Source: Rhynchobatus australiae
Lineage: Eukaryota
NCBI GenBank assembly: GCA_034780895.1
Contig: JAUZTB010000069.1
Location: 13,043,419 to 13,107,418 of the forward strand
Length of the DNA stretch: 64,000 nucleotides
Direction: 5' to 3'
Part shown: one piece after another, positions 23,246 through 38,400 of the stretch
Position numbering within the stretch: position 1 is the stretch's first letter
How the letters are laid out: each line of letters begins with the position of its first letter
Notes under the pieces: generated by a model
The model's database searches: none
Told to the model about the DNA's origin: nothing
Seen by the model: the letters and a program-made list of their open reading frames with translations, nothing else
Made by a program: the position numbers and the translations under genes

Positions 23246-23408
23246 CAAAGATTTCTGCTATTGTCTTGGAACTTACAAGGGCTTTTACCAGTTCAAATTT
23301 GGCATCCTTTGAGTTTTTGTCAGCTTCTGTTGACCTGTCGATAATGTATTCCACAAAGCCTGGTGTACCGATCATCAGTCTCTGACCCCAAGGCTGGCTA
23401 GCAATTGC
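23246..23408 (-). CDS. PSMD5: PSMD5 exon 10, partial ([12 protein letters not shown]...SKTIAEIF)
   Basis: aatgcag acceptor; runs into N gap 23146-23245; stop not visible. Confidence 0.93.
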
Positions 23409-26400
23409 CTGCATTTAGGAAAGACGTAGGAGAAAAGTCATTGGTAAAAAGATGTCAACCACAGTAACAAAATAACTCAATTCAGTAATATGTTCATGAA
23501 TAGTAATTGCACTCTTAATTGATTACCATTATGAGCTAGAAGAGGCAAAACTGAGATAGTTACACTCTGAGTAATGAGCGAGACAGATGATAATTTACAG
23601 CTCAACGCATCTGAGTAATTAAAATGACAGATTCCAAGTTGCAATCAGCTCAAGTCTTTAGCAACTTAACTGTGGAAACCAGATAATGAGTTACAAAATT
23701 ACATTGCAAAGCAAAAGCAAATACAGCAGGTGCTACATGTCTGTAATTATAGAAGATCTTCAAAATTCTGAGATCAATATGCATATGTGGACAAGAGTTA
23801 AGAGTTTCAGGTCAATGGTTTCTCATCAAAAATGCTTATCGTTTAAATATTAACTCTCTCCCTCTGATACTGACTGACTCATGAATTTCTAACAATCTGT
23901 ATTTTTATTACAAGCTATTAAAATAAAAGTGAAAGTTTCTACTTCAAATTTACAAAATATCTTAAAATGGAACTTGTGAATCAGAATTGAAAGTTTCACT
24001 GGTGTAGGAGCAACTTGTAAGCAAAACAGAGACAAAAACAAAAACTGCCGGGGGGGGGGGGGGAATAAATCAGCANNNNNNNNNNNNNNNNNNNNNNNNN
24101 NNNNNNNNNNNNNGACCCTTTGTAAGAACTGTTTCCCTTTCCACAGATGCTGCCTGACCTGCTGAGCTTTTCTAGCATTTTCTGCTTTTTCAGATTTTCA
24201 GCATCTGTAGTGTTTTTGTTTGATTTTCATAAGAAAAACTGGTTTGTCATGCCATAATAGTACTGATAAATCCAATTGTCTTCCCTAAACGGTAATATTT
24301 TTTACAAAATCATTCACATAAAATACACATCGTCAAACCAAAGTGGCAATTAGGAAATGCATTCTATAAATGGCTTTACATTTAATTTTTTCCCCCCAAT
24401 AAAATGGAGAGATTCCAGGCATTTCTTCAGGCACTAACCATCTACACATTTCTGATTTAAATCTCCAATTATTCTGTTAATTGTGGAAAAGGTAACACAA
24501 ACCAGCAACAGAATGTATCACTCTGCATTACCAGTCAACATGTGCATTTCACGTTAGAACAGGATGTCTAAATAAATAAGAAATTGTATTTTGTGTGCTA
24601 ATGACAAAAGACTCACAGTGAAGACTTTTAGTGCCCCAATGTGGATATCTGGGAAAGGCTGGGAACTCATACTGCGGAATGTTTCCATTGGATGGCTGTG
24701 CAAGGCATGGAACCAGGACTCTATCATTCCTAGAATATCTTCAGTTTGCTGATCAGTCTATGAAATTGATAGAAAAGTAAAAAAGCAATGGCATAAGAAA
24801 ATGGCACAGGCGGCTACAGACAAATCCCCAAAATGCAGAAATACACAGAATGACATTCTGAAAACTCATCTCAAAGATAGTACTACAGAAGAAGTCACTA
24901 CAATGTGGAAAAGGATCTTGCAGATGACATGGGGATTTCACATTCCAGTGCGTAAATACAATACTGCTGTGTTCTGCAAACTAATTCCCTTTTTAAAAAA
25001 TGCTTGCTTCCCATATGTGATAAATAGGAGCACCCAGTAAACTGCTCCCAAAGGATCACAAGCTCATTTGCTCAAAATTGTGCTTGCCAACACAGATAAA
25101 GAATTAGTTGAAATGCAATATAATATACAACAAAAATGTGCACTGTTCTGATCAATTTCACAATAGCTTGTTGGAAAAACAGCAAGGTTTATTCACTCTT
25201 CTAGTAGGTAGAAATACGATTCTCCATACAGGTCCAATGTACATCCGATTCAACCTTATGCAAGAGGACACTAATCCAAAATCCTCTCCCTTACCCATAA
25301 TTGATGATTTGTAATTGCTTTATTGTTTGTACCGAAATACACCAAAAAGCTTTGTTTGCATGCATTCCAGGGAGATCATTTCATTCACAAGCACATCGAG
25401 CTACTACAGAAAAAAAAACAGAATGTAGAATACAGTGTTACAGTTACAGAGAATGTGCAGTGCAGGTAGACAAAGTGCAAAGGGCATGACGAGGTAGATA
25501 GAGAGATCAAGAGTAGATCTTTAGCATACAAGAGATCCATTCAAGGGTATGGATAACAGCAACCTGCGGGTATGCATTTTCAAGCTATGCATCTTCTACC
25601 CAGACAGGAGGGGGAAGGAGAGAGAATGACCAGGGTGGGAGGGGTCTTTGATTACTTTGGTGGCTTTCCCCAAGGCAGCAGAAGTTGCAGTGTAGACAAA
25701 GTCAATGGAGGGGAGACTGGTTTGCGTGATGAACTATGTTGACAACTCTCTGAAATCTCTTGTGATCTTGGTCAGAGCAGTTGCCATACCAAGCTGTGAT
25801 GCATCCAGATAGAATGCTTTCTATGGTGCATCTGTAAAATTTGGCGAGAGGAATAGGGACATGCTGAATTTCCTTAGCTCTCTAAGCAGAGGCNNNNNNN
25901 NNNNNNNNNNNNNNNNNNNNCCTGTGGCTGGACCACGTGTCAGTGACGTTTACACCTAGGAACTTGATGTTCTCAACCATCTCCACCTCAGCAACATTGA
26001 TAAAGACAGCAGTGTATAGTCCACCCTGCTTCCTGAATGTCAGCAAAACTGAACAGCTGGTCACTGAGGGAAAAGTTGTTGTCTTGACACCATGCCACTA
26101 GGATCTATCTCCTTCCTATACTCCATCTCATTATTGTTTGAGAACCAGCCTCTACAGTGGTGTCATCTGCAAACTTGTAAATGGAGTTAGAGCAGAATTT
26201 GGCCACACAGTCATGAGTGTAGAGGCTGAGGACGCAGCCTTGCAGGACACCTGTATTGACGATAATCATGGAGGAAGTTACTGTTTTCAGTCTGTTGGTC
26301 AGGAGTCAAGGATCCAGTTGCTGAAGGGTTACCAAGTCTAGGAGTTGGGGATGAGTCTGAGTGAGAGAGAACTTTATTAATCACATCTACATTGAAACAC

Positions 26401-29400
26401 ACAGTGAAGTGCATCTTTGCGTAGAATGTGCTGGAGGCAGCCCGCAAGTGTCAGTACGCTTCTGGCGCCAACATAGCGTGCCCACAACTTCCTAACTCAC
26501 ATGTCTTTGGAATGTGGGAGGAAATCAGAGCACCCAGAGGAAACCCACGCAGACATGGGGAGAACGTACAACCTCGTTACAGACAGTGGCCAGAATTGAA
26601 CCTGGGTCGCTGGCGCTGTAATAGCGTTACACTAACCACTATTTATGGTATTGAAGGTGGAGATATAGTCAATAAATAGGAGACTGACACCTCCAGGTAA
26701 CATGTAAACCAACGGATTGTGGCTTGCCAAGTGCAGCTTCTTGTCTGCACTTGCCCACTGTAGCCACACAACTGTCCCACACTTCATCCACAAGGAATAA
26801 CACGTCCACTTATTTTGCCATTCAGTCAGGCTTGGCTCTAATCAAAATCACTAATAACATCCTGTGTAATTATGACAAAGATAATCTATCACTCTTCATC
26901 CTTCTCAACTAACCTTTGCTATGTTGATCACAATATCTTCCTTCAATGTCATCATCTGGCTGGTTAGAATTTATTCTTCCATTGATTCTATTTTTATCTA
27001 TCCAGTCTTAGAAACACTTGCAGCAGCTTCTCCTCACATGTTGGCACTATTTATTCCCTAGGATTTAACTTTTGGTCCCTTCAGTTTCTCACCTACGTCC
27101 AATGGCAACTTCACCTAAAGACACTGCAGGTTCAATAGACATGCTAATATCCAGCTCTCCGGTAACATTTAACCCCTCCAGCAGTTTTATTTTGTCAAAC
27201 TGCCTGTCTGACATCCAGTACTAGATGGACAGAAACGATCGTCTTTGATCCTCATCGCAAATTAAAACATACAAGGGGTTTTGACATGGCGGATGTGGAG
27301 AAGATGCTTCCATCAGTGCAAGAATATAGAACTAGGGATCATTTTAAAAATAAGGGGTCATCCATTCAAGATACAGATAAGGCAAATATTTTTCTTCTGC
27401 TGTAAGTCCTTGGAACTCTCTTCCTTGAAGGGTGGTGCAAACAGAGTCTTTGAATAATTTTAAGGCAGAAGTAGAAAGATTCTTAATAAGCAAGAGTTGG
27501 AAGATTATTGGGGTAGGCAGGAATGTGAACCTGAGGTTACAATTAGTTCATCCAATGTCTTAAAGGACAGAGCAAGCTTGAGGTGCTGAAAAATCCTACT
27601 TGTGTTTCTAATTCTTGTGTATCATAGTAATAACCCATGTTATACAACCTTAACCACCTTACATAAAATACTTAGTCAATCTTTTCTCCTTTGTATGCTC
27701 TTCTCTTCATCCCAATTTTCAGTTTTGAAAATGTAATTTTATCAGAATTAAACTAGAAATGTTTCCAACATTTTTCCAAGTTTCAATTATATAACTAATT
27801 CTTTCTCACCACTCATTCAGTAGGTGCAAGTAAAATTGACAAAATCTATTGGTTTATTCATTGAGGAAGCAATGGAGTGAAAGTGATCTAAAGATTAATG
27901 GTCATCTTGACACACTGGGCACATTCCCCATGCACAGCGCTCTGAAGCGAATGCATCACACAAAAACCATGCGACTCGGCTACTTTTTTATAACTTTAAA
28001 ACCCAGAACATAAAAAATAGTGCAACATTAATATGTAGTTAATTATATCTTTTTGTGAACATTTGGACAGCATGAATTCAGCATATTTTACTTTAAACCA
28101 ATATGACTGCAGAATATCCATTTTTTTAAAAAATGCCATGCTTACTAAATGAAGCACGAGAGCAAATGTGTACTATTCCCATTACAACTCAGTTTGGCAG
28201 CAGATCACTAATGTCTAGTGTTTACAGAAATTAATGATAGAAAATAGATGCAAATTAGCAAGGTGTCTGTAAAGTTTTATTGCCAATTAGAAAATCTCCC
28301 ACTTTTTTGACCACAAAGATGATTCAAGCTGTTCTTGCATTGCAGCACAAAGTCACCCATTTCCTTGGTTCAACCTTTTTTAAAACCACATCTTTCATTT
28401 ACATTTAACGACACTTTCTGGGTACTCACTGGCAGGAAAAGGAGAGAAGCGATTGTGTCAAGGCAGCGGATGCGTACGTCTGTGGAAGCATTGCACGAAA
28501 TTGAACCCAGCCTTCTCAAAACCTCTTGGAATGCAGTACCTTGTATAATGGAATAACTATTATAATTCCACATTTTAGCACAAGATCAAGGAAAAGTGAC
28601 AGATATTGCAATACTTAAGCTAGGGCATATTTTCTTTTGGAGTGCAAAGAATGTCTGCCACCAACAAGCTCCCACGAACTGGAATGTGACCTGTGCAGTG
28701 AAATGGGAAGTATCAAGCCATGCATGTGAGGCATAGACAGCTAGAGCCAAGGGAAACAGACTAAATAGAATGGCAGGAAAAGGAAACTGCTAATATGCTC
28801 AGGGATAGGTGAGAGACAAAACAAAACTACTAATAGGTTCAGAGAAACATTCAATTAGAGGCTTGTCTACACAACACTAAATGTGCAATTCTATTTGGGA
28901 GAACTATTAGGCAAATTAGTTTTTCAATATCCAACACATCAGCCCTACCAGAGCGAACTGAAAGTAGAATATCAGAAAGAACAACTTATCCAGTGGAAAA
29001 AAAACAATGTAATTACTCTTCATTCAGTTGTAGATTAAAACAAAAACGTTGTCTACCTGTTTTATTTAGAACTTGCTTTCCTTCAATACATGATCCAAGA
29101 ATCCCAATGGTATCTAAGCCAACTCCAATCATGGTTGGCTCCTGTCCTTCGATCATCTCAAACACCTTTTCAATAAAGACAGGATAACGTTCACAGATCT
29201 GTTGTGGACTATCAACCATTGCCAAGTTTCCAAAAAACTTCACTAGATCTACAAAGGAAACAATAAATACAAGTTCAAACACATTAGTGCATCAAAACTG
29301 TAATAATTTCAACACATTTAGTGCTGGAAAGTCTAGATCTAGTGCCCATATTTGTGTCATTGGACTCAACTTTGCTTGTGTGGGGAGAAATTAAGTGCAG

Positions 29401-32400
29401 CTCTAAAACCCACAAGGAAAACAAAAGTTTCCCTATCCTATCTTTCTTCTTTATTGAATGCCCTGACCCATTCTCCAAGGACAACTACCCGAAATGTTCA
29501 AACCAGTGATTTCTCAGGACCAAATTGAACAATAGGCCCTGTTGAAGATATATTTAAACCAATCCCCATTTTCCAGGACAGAATATTACATGGCAAACAT
29601 CACAGCAATGCAGAGTGAGCGCTCCTTGCTTACTTAGTAGGTGCTGTTGGGCAAGTCCTTTAACTCGGAATCAAGTTATTTAAATACATCAGTGATTCAG
29701 AGTATTCTTTTCTGGTTAAAATGAATTGATTAAAATTACTGCGATGGATCCACAGCTAGAAAAAGTGTTACTAAACAACTATTCAAACAGCACTATTGTC
29801 ACCTGACACTACAGGAGAGCATAAATCAGGTAAAAGACTGACGATGGAGTAAAATTGGCAACATAAGGAAAGGTGATCAGAAGTTTGACCAAAGAAGTAG
29901 GTTTTTAGTGAACTATCTTATAGGAGGGATGCAGAGTGGCTACTCTACACTGCCATTATGTACAAATACATTTAAGATTTCCTTTCTGCTCCACACTTAT
30001 TGTGGAAAAAAAAGTTAGTTACAGATGAACTGCAAATTTTAGCAAGTGTATTTGTTTTTGTAATTTATAGTAATTTTGTCTTTGCACTGTAGTGCTACAG
30101 CAGAACAACAAATTTCATGTCACGTTAGTGATAATAATTCAGATTCTCAAGAACTTTACATAAAGAGGATGAACATTTGGAACAATTGACTAGAAACAGA
30201 AATATTAAAATCACTGCTTAGCTATAACAGTTGAACGGCAAGCTGGACCATTCAGCTCATCACAAGGAAAAGCTTGCTTGCCCATTCTTATTGGTGGCTT
30301 GACATAATAGTATATTACAAAACAATTTTCTTTACTTACTTGGTAAATAAAAGCCAGAGAAGGGATCAGAATCTGCACCTATAATCATGTTTGAGATTCT
30401 ATCAATGATGCCTTGCTGAGCCAGGTACTGTCGTCCATGCTGACTTTGAGCAAGAATAGTGACCATCTCGATAGCGGTAGCTCTGAAATTGAATAAAAAT
30501 ACTTGTTATTAATTTAATCAACAATTTTAGCAAATTGCATTTATATAGCATCTTAATAATGGGAAATCTTTATCACATTTATCAAATGAAGATTTCAATC
30601 ACAAATCAAGAGAAAAAAAATAACTGTTTAATCAAAGAGATAGGTTTTAAAGCAGCATTCCAAGGCAGACGAGGTAGAGAGAGGGGATTAGGGAGTTTCA
30701 AAGCTTGGCCCCAAAGCAACTGAAAGCCCAACCCCTAATGAAGTATTCAAAAACTTTGGGTTGTACAAGGGGCCAAAATTAAAAGATGATTTTACAATTG
30801 TGTCAAAATACAGGCAGCTTAATACTATCCCAACAATGCACCGCAGCTTCAAAGCCCAGAAATTAAACCCTGTTGCATCAAGGCAAGATATCCTTGCGAG
30901 TTACGGGAGACAATTAGTGGCAAATTGCAAATATTCTAAGTAGACAACTTGAATGATGACAGAAAAACCTTCACATAATCCCTATGTTTCCTCTTTCCAT
31001 CAGTAAACCAACCCTAACCGGTTAGGTAGATGATTTAGTTCTCACAATGATCTATCAATGTTTAATGGTACTCTGCAAGGAGGCACCACTGTAGCTGAAC
31101 ACAAGCATAGAATGTATTTCCCCTTCCATTTTAGCAAGGCTACCACTTTTACCCACTTCCTGCCATGGCAAATCCAAGTCAAAATTTGAAAATGATCCAA
31201 CATAACCAAAGAGACAAAAACACATGGCAACATTCAGCTTGCAGACATCTCCAGAATTTGCCATTTAATAATTGAACAAAGCGACAGAAGAAAATTTCTG
31301 ACAGGTTCAAGCCTTCTCACCTGATGAGGACATCATCCCCTGCAAGCTCACCAAGCAACCGAGTTATAAAACTACTGTTGGCACAATACCCCAGTGAAAC
31401 AGGTGACATGTTTGCTATCTCCAGCACCAACTGCAAGGCAATAACATAAGCAAGCTTAATACTGATGTCAGAATGATGCACGGTCATCAAATTAATTTAA
31501 CTTAACATATTGGGTTTATGAATTTCATTTCTGAAAGCAATACAATGAGAACAAAAAACATGTCATCTTCAAATGAGCATAGTGATCTGGCTTACTGCCC
31601 TACAATCATATTGCATTTTTTTTGAAGTTACGTACATCACCACTAAACGGTCAAAGTACTATAGGTGCCACGTAGCAATCAGAGTTTGAATTGGCCATTT
31701 GATTTACCACTGAAAATTTCAAGCAGAAGGGATACAGGACAAAGGAAAGATGCAGACAAAAAAAGGTCAATCTCTCTTCTCCTCTCTCCAGTTGGGCAAA
31801 AGATACAGAAGCTTGAGAACACCTACAGTATCTACAGGAGGCACCGGCTAAAGGCAGCAACATCCAAAGGTCCCCACCATCTGGGCCTTGCCATCTTCTC
31901 GCAGCTACCATCAGGCAGGAGGTACAGAAGCCTGAAGTCCCACACCAGGTACAAGAACAGCTACTTCCCTTCAACCATTCGGTTCTTGAACCAACCGGTA
32001 TAACCCTTATCACTACAGTCTAATAGCACTATGACCACTTGATCACTTTGCACTAAAATAGATTTAGTTTATTTTGTTCCAATTGTGTTCTTTTTTGTAA
32101 AAAGTGTGTAAAGTTTTGTTTAATTTATGTTTTCTTGTGAATGCTGCTACAAGTAAGTTTTTCATTGCTCCTGTGCATACATGTACTTGTGCATATGACA
32201 ATAAACTCAACTTTGACCTACCCCCAGACTCAAAGGCACATTCTGTCCGACTATTATCAGAATCTTGAACAGGTGTCTCATACGCTAAAAGATGAACTCA
32301 AACTCCCAATTTACCTCGTCATGGACCTTGCACTTTGTCTACCTGCACTGCACTTTTTCCCATAACTGCAACACTATATTCTGCATTGTTTTTCTTTTTA

Positions 32401-35400
32401 CTACCTTGATGTAATTATATATGGCATGCTCTGTCTGGATGGCATGCAAAAGAAAAACTTTTCACTGTACCTCAGTACATGTGACAATAATAAGCCACTC
32501 CAGTTCCAAGTATTAAGAATGTCATAAACAGATCACAGAACAAAGTGACAAACCTATAGTCAGTGGGATGACCAAAGAGGGACTGCAAAAATTTCTGTCA
32601 CAAAAGGGGTTGACAACCAAAAGTGCCCCTGGTACAACGAGTTGCAATGCAATTTAAAAGTCTGATCAGCTTTTATTTTAGTTTTAATACGCAAGAGGGA
32701 AAGTTGACAAAAGCACAGTCATTTTTATCTTCACTAACCTATGCTGAGGGAACAAGTACTGCAAAAGTGATTTTCTAGCAATTTTAAGTTTTAATCCCTT
32801 TCATCATTTTTCATTTCAGTTTGAAGCACTGCTCCAGGTTTATCTTCCTTACGTTTTTACATAAGAGAACAAGAAAAGTCTTGCCTAACAATCCCCTGAA
32901 AACTTCATAGAAAACTAATCAGAAAAAATTGACACAAAACCAAGAGAAGAAATATTAGTGTCTAAAAACTTAGGTTTTAAGGAAGATCTTAAGAATAAGG
33001 ATATAGATGAAGGGGGAAATTTGAGTGTCTGATGTGGACTATAAAAAGGTAAAACTACCAATGGTGACCAATGGAAGTGTGAGAAACGCAAGATGACAAA
33101 TTCTGAAGAATGCAGAATTCTCCAAAGATTGCAAGGCTGGCGAGAAAAGAGAAAAGGCCTGGTGGGAATGGAATACAGTAGGCTGTATGAAAAGAAAGCT
33201 CACACTGCTGCTGCTACAACAACTCCATCCAACAATCCAGTTTCAGATCAGAGATATCGTGTCCCATTTTCTCTCACTCTTTAATGGATCTTGACTGCAC
33301 AAAATTTATCTATTACCTGTATGGAATTTGCAAATTTCTCCATTTCCATTTGCTTATCACCCTCAGCATGAAGTTGTTGATTCTTTATTGAACATTCACC
33401 TTTTTAACTCTATATATTCATGATTTAACAAAACCATCAGGATAAATCTATGCAGTTCTACAAAGGTTCCCCCTTCAGAAATCTCTTCAAACTTGAAGAG
33501 CCGAAGATATTTCAGCCTTCTCTCATTACTTGCAACAGATTATTTGGTAGTGGCTCCACTCCCATTTACCAATTTAAATGACAAGACATCTAGGTTAGTA
33601 ACTATATCATGCTTAATAAAATCTCCAAGTTGTCACCAACATTCAGGGAAAATTTAATCCCAGCTCAAAAGTCAAAGCAAACCATTCAAGTGAATCAGAG
33701 TTGTTTAGATTAATTTAATGAATTAAGTGACCCAAAGTGTGGTTCACTCTTAAAGTGAGCTATGGAAAACTGTAATTGCCTAATGAACCGAAGAAAATAT
33801 CTTAAGAACATGTATTTTAATGATTTAAATATAACCATTGGCTCAGAAAGCAAATTAAAGTTTCCAAAATGAATATATTCAAGAGTCTTTATGTGGTCTA
33901 AATTTGATTTAGAAGAAAATTCTTGAATGTCAACTACAACAAATGCACTGTACCTCATAAATTCTGTATCGCACCACATCATTGATGCCCATGACATCTT
34001 TCAAATCTTGTAACATACTGGTTGTGAATAATGCATCAAGTCCAGCCTTATTCTGGGCGATTCTAGAAAGGGCTTTGATTGCCTGAAAGTAAAAAAGCAG
34101 CACCAATAAATCTCTTACTACTGATGGTGCTTTGAAGTAAGTATCAGCTGAGGCAAGCAGAACTATCCATATGTAGCAAAATAGATTTATATAGTTACCC
34201 ATTCTTGTTAGAATTATATCAATGGTATCAAATTTATGATAATACTATTAAAATAAAAAATGCATCACAACACATGGGATGTATTTTCTACCAAACCAAG
34301 TTCAGAACCCCAGCTGTGCAGACGATGCGTACCGAAAACAGAGATTCAACACTGCATAGTTGCCACAGTGACAAATTAACTTCCAGTGTAATACTTTCTG
34401 TAAAGATTGGTTNNNNNNNNNNNNNNNNNNNNNNNNNNNNNNNNNNNNNNNNNNNNNNNNNNNNNNNNNNNNNNNNNNNNNNNNNNNNNNNNNNNNNNNN
34501 NNNNNNNNNNNNNNNNNNNNNNNNNNNNNNNNNNNNNNNNNNNNNNNNNNNNNNNNNNNNNNNNNNNNNNNNNNNNNNNNNNNNNNNNNNNNNNNNNNNN
34601 NNNNNNNNNNNNNNNNNNNNNNNNNNNNNNNNNNNNNNNNNNNNNNNNNNNNNNNNNNNNNNNNNNNNNNNNNNNNNNNNNNNNNNNNNNNNNNNNNNNN
34701 NNNNNNNNNNNNNNNNNNNNNNNNNNNNNNNNNNNNNNNNNNNNNNNNNNNNNNNNNNNNNNNNNNNNNNNNNNNNNNNNNNNNNNNNNNNNNNNNNNNN
34801 NNNNNNNNNNNNNNNNNNNNNNNNNNNNNNNNNNNNNNNNNNNNNNNNNNNNNNNNNNNNNNNNNNNNNNNNNNNNNNNNNNNNNNNNNNNNNNNNNNNN
34901 NNNNNNNNNNNNNNNNNNNNNNNNNNNNNNNNNNNNNNTGACTGAGCATTCAAAGCTCTTCAAGTTGGAGTGTTCCAAAGATTTATACTCTCTTCTTAGA
35001 CAAATTTCTCATCTCACTCTTATATAGGCAACCCATAAATCACCCATTTCTGGATACGATCACCTCTTCACCAGCAAGTCCTCCAGGTTAAAGACAAATT
35101 CCTTCCATTCCTGTGGCCCAACTACTAAAACTGGCTGGGCATGATTAGAACCTTGATGCTGGTGACGTTGGCCTGGGAAGTAATGCTAACTCTGGTTCAT
35201 ATATACCATCAGTGAGTTAGGATGATTCTGCAGATATAGCATTTGCTCTGAGAAGATGAATACATTTTGACAACATCGCCACAGAACAGAGGAAGGTGAA
35301 GATCAGTACTGCTCAGTAGAACACAGGTTTGAACTCTTAGTCATAAAACACTTTTCATCACCCATATCTGCCTTTGCTAAAGGTTGGCTTGTGAACCCGG

Positions 35401-38400
35401 AAAACTCATCCACGTTTTCCAGACTTTCCCAGTGTGATGGAGAGGGACAGCAAGAATTAATTCTGTGGTGCAGACAAGTCGGGCTTCCAAATGTTAGTGC
35501 AAGACACATTCTCTCATAGGTTTCTGTGAAAGAGACAACATAATTTGGAGCTAAGCAGCCAAATGTGCACATAGACAGGCATCACACAGATGATGCTTGT
35601 GTAAGTCAATGGCCAAGATTTAGTTGACCTTGGTTCCAAAGTGTAGACAAAGATTGAACAATTTCCTCTTCATCCAGAAGATTAATTCCATTAGCTGGAA
35701 GACTGTAGGAAGCAAGGTCCAGTCTTGCAGGAAAGAGGTTTAGGAAGAGACCTTGACTCCAGTCTGCACTGGGACTAGATGTGCAGTGCAGCTGTTAGTT
35801 AAGATCACTGAATGCATGTCATCATATTCCATAAATGGCATGGTTATAAATTCCAGGTCTAGCTAAATGTTGAGAAGGANNNNNNNNNNNNNNNNNNNNN
35901 NNNNNNNNNNNNNNNNNNNNNNNNNNNNNNNNNNNNNNNNNNNNNNNNNNNNNNNNNNNNNNNNNNNNNNNNNNNNNNNNNNNNNNNNNNNNNNNNNNNN
36001 NNNNNNNNNNNNNNNNNNNNNNNNNNNNNNNNNNNNNNNNNNNNNNNNNNNNNNNNNNNNNNNNNNNNNNNNNNNNNNNNNNNNNNNNNNNNNNNNNNNN
36101 NNNNNNNNNNNNNNNNNNNNNNNNNNNNNNNNNNNNNNNNNNNNNNNNNNNNNNNNNNNNNNNNNNCTCTATGCAAAAGATGCATTTCACTGTGTGTTTT
36201 GATGTACATGTGACTAATAAAGATCTCGTATCTAGGATGAATTTAAAAAAACACTGTGAATGAGAATTAGTAAATGTTAATGTGCAAAAGGATCTCAATG
36301 TGATAGTTAATAAGAAGCAGATATTAAATATGTAGGTACAGCAGGTAATTAGGAACACAAAGTTATGTTGCCCTTTAAAGCAAAGGGGTTGCTTTAGTAA
36401 GGATCTGTTGCTGAGATTCTATGGGGTTTTGGTGAAATCCCATTTGCAATATAATATTTGCATTTTGCAGAATTTGTCTCTGCAGATTAAGTCTCCTTAC
36501 TTGAATAAGGATGTACTTTGAGTCTGTACATTGGATATTCACTATTCACTGAGGGATTGTGTCATGAAGAGAGTTTGAGTAAGACTGGCCTTACCCAATT
36601 AAGATGAAGGAGAGACGATCTCACTTAAATTAGTAAGATTCTCAGGAGGGATTGACGGGCAAGATCTTGACCCTGCATGAGACTGAAGAACTCTTTCAGC
36701 AGCTAAAAAGCAAGAAGGTCTCTGTAGCAGATAAAATTCCTATTTAAGTGTGAAAACATGGCAGAGAACTACTTTTATCATGCAATTCATGACCCTGTCT
36801 CTCTAATTTGGGATGTCAGAGATGCTGTAATCATGATCATGTTTAAGAAAGAAAAGACTGATTGCAATAATTATGGGGGATTCTGCTTGCTGTCTGCTAT
36901 AGGAAAAAATGTGTAGATTCACATTATGTATAGAGACAAGTTCTGCAAAATTCAGATATTATATTGCAAATGGGATCTCAGCAAAACCCCACAGAATCTC
37001 AGCAACAGATCTTTACTTTTATACTTCAACCCCTTTGCTTTAAAGGGCAACATAACTTTGTGTTCCTAATTACCTGCTGTACCTACATATTTAATTTCTG
37101 CTTCTTATTAACCATCACATTGAGATCCTTTTGCATATTAACATTTACTTTTTTTTAAAACAGTGCTTTTTTAAAATTCATCCTACATCATCTCTTAATC
37201 TCTATATATTCCTTTTCAGAACCTTGTCTCATTTTCATAATTTAGTATAATGAGAAAAGACGGCAGGTGGATTTATTCTGAGTTTTTCTTGCAGGATCCT
37301 TATAGACACAGTAGGCTAATTGGCTATGTTTTGTGGTATAAATGTCATAGTTACACCAAATTTTGCACTGGATAGACTTTGTTATATCTTCAGCATTTCA
37401 AAATACGACAGGAATAATTTTTTTTTGAAAGCACAAAGACAGCACCATTGGTTCCAGTGGTGGAACTGTTAGATCAGTAATTATTTCACTAAAGGCAACC
37501 TTACCTCTTTTGCAACAGATATTTTCTCGCCGCCAATATTATGGATCATCTCCTTAAGCAACGCAGGAGAACCAAGAACTGTCACAACCGCATCTGTGCT
37601 CTCAGCAATCCGCCCAATCTAGAAAAAATAGCATTTAATGTGAGCACGAAATGAATGTACTGCCTGCATTCACCAGTTCCCACTCCAACGTCACCTTATC
37701 CCTATTCAAAAAAGATAGCACTTAACGTAAATGTTATTTAAACCACATACCTCAATGTCCATTATAACTAAAATTCTGTGAACATCAAAAAAGAAAAAAA
37801 ACTGCATTTAATTTCTTTTTAAAAGAAACAGCCTTGGGGTAGGCCTTAGCCATGCCAACTGCAAGTGAGGATTGGGATTACAATACAAAAGACAGATACT
37901 AACATGTTTAGTTCTGATTTCAATAGAATTATTGGGGAAAGTGGAAATACAGGGTCTGTCCAAAGCATACGCCTGATATTCAGTAATTGGATGCCACTAT
38001 TCTCAGATATCTCTGCTCCTTCAATTCTAGCACTGTGATCATCCCCAACTTTAATTGTTCCATTGTCAGTGGCAATGTTTTTAGATGTTTTGGTTGGGTC
38101 AAGAATTATTTCCCCAAACCTCCCCAGCTCTCTCTCCTCCTTTACACGTGTTTGTCAAAATCTACCTTGACAAAGCTCTGCCTTCTCCTTTTGCAGCTGG
38201 ATGTCAAACCTTCCACTGATATATTCTTGTTAAGTGCATCAGAAACTTTTGCCACATTAAAGGAGCAATAACAATGCAGGTCTTGATGGTTGAAAACTTT
38301 TACTCACTGCATTAGTGCTGTCAATTTGCAATAGCTCAACTTATTTCTTCAAACTTTGTTTTAAATATTAGGAAACCAAAGTAATGTACAAGACATTGCC

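Noticed and set aside
34205-35027. Long ORFs of 150-266 aa in the ORF track (also 35822-36358, 56218-57033, 61250-61772)
   Set aside because: Made mostly of X residues spanning N gaps.
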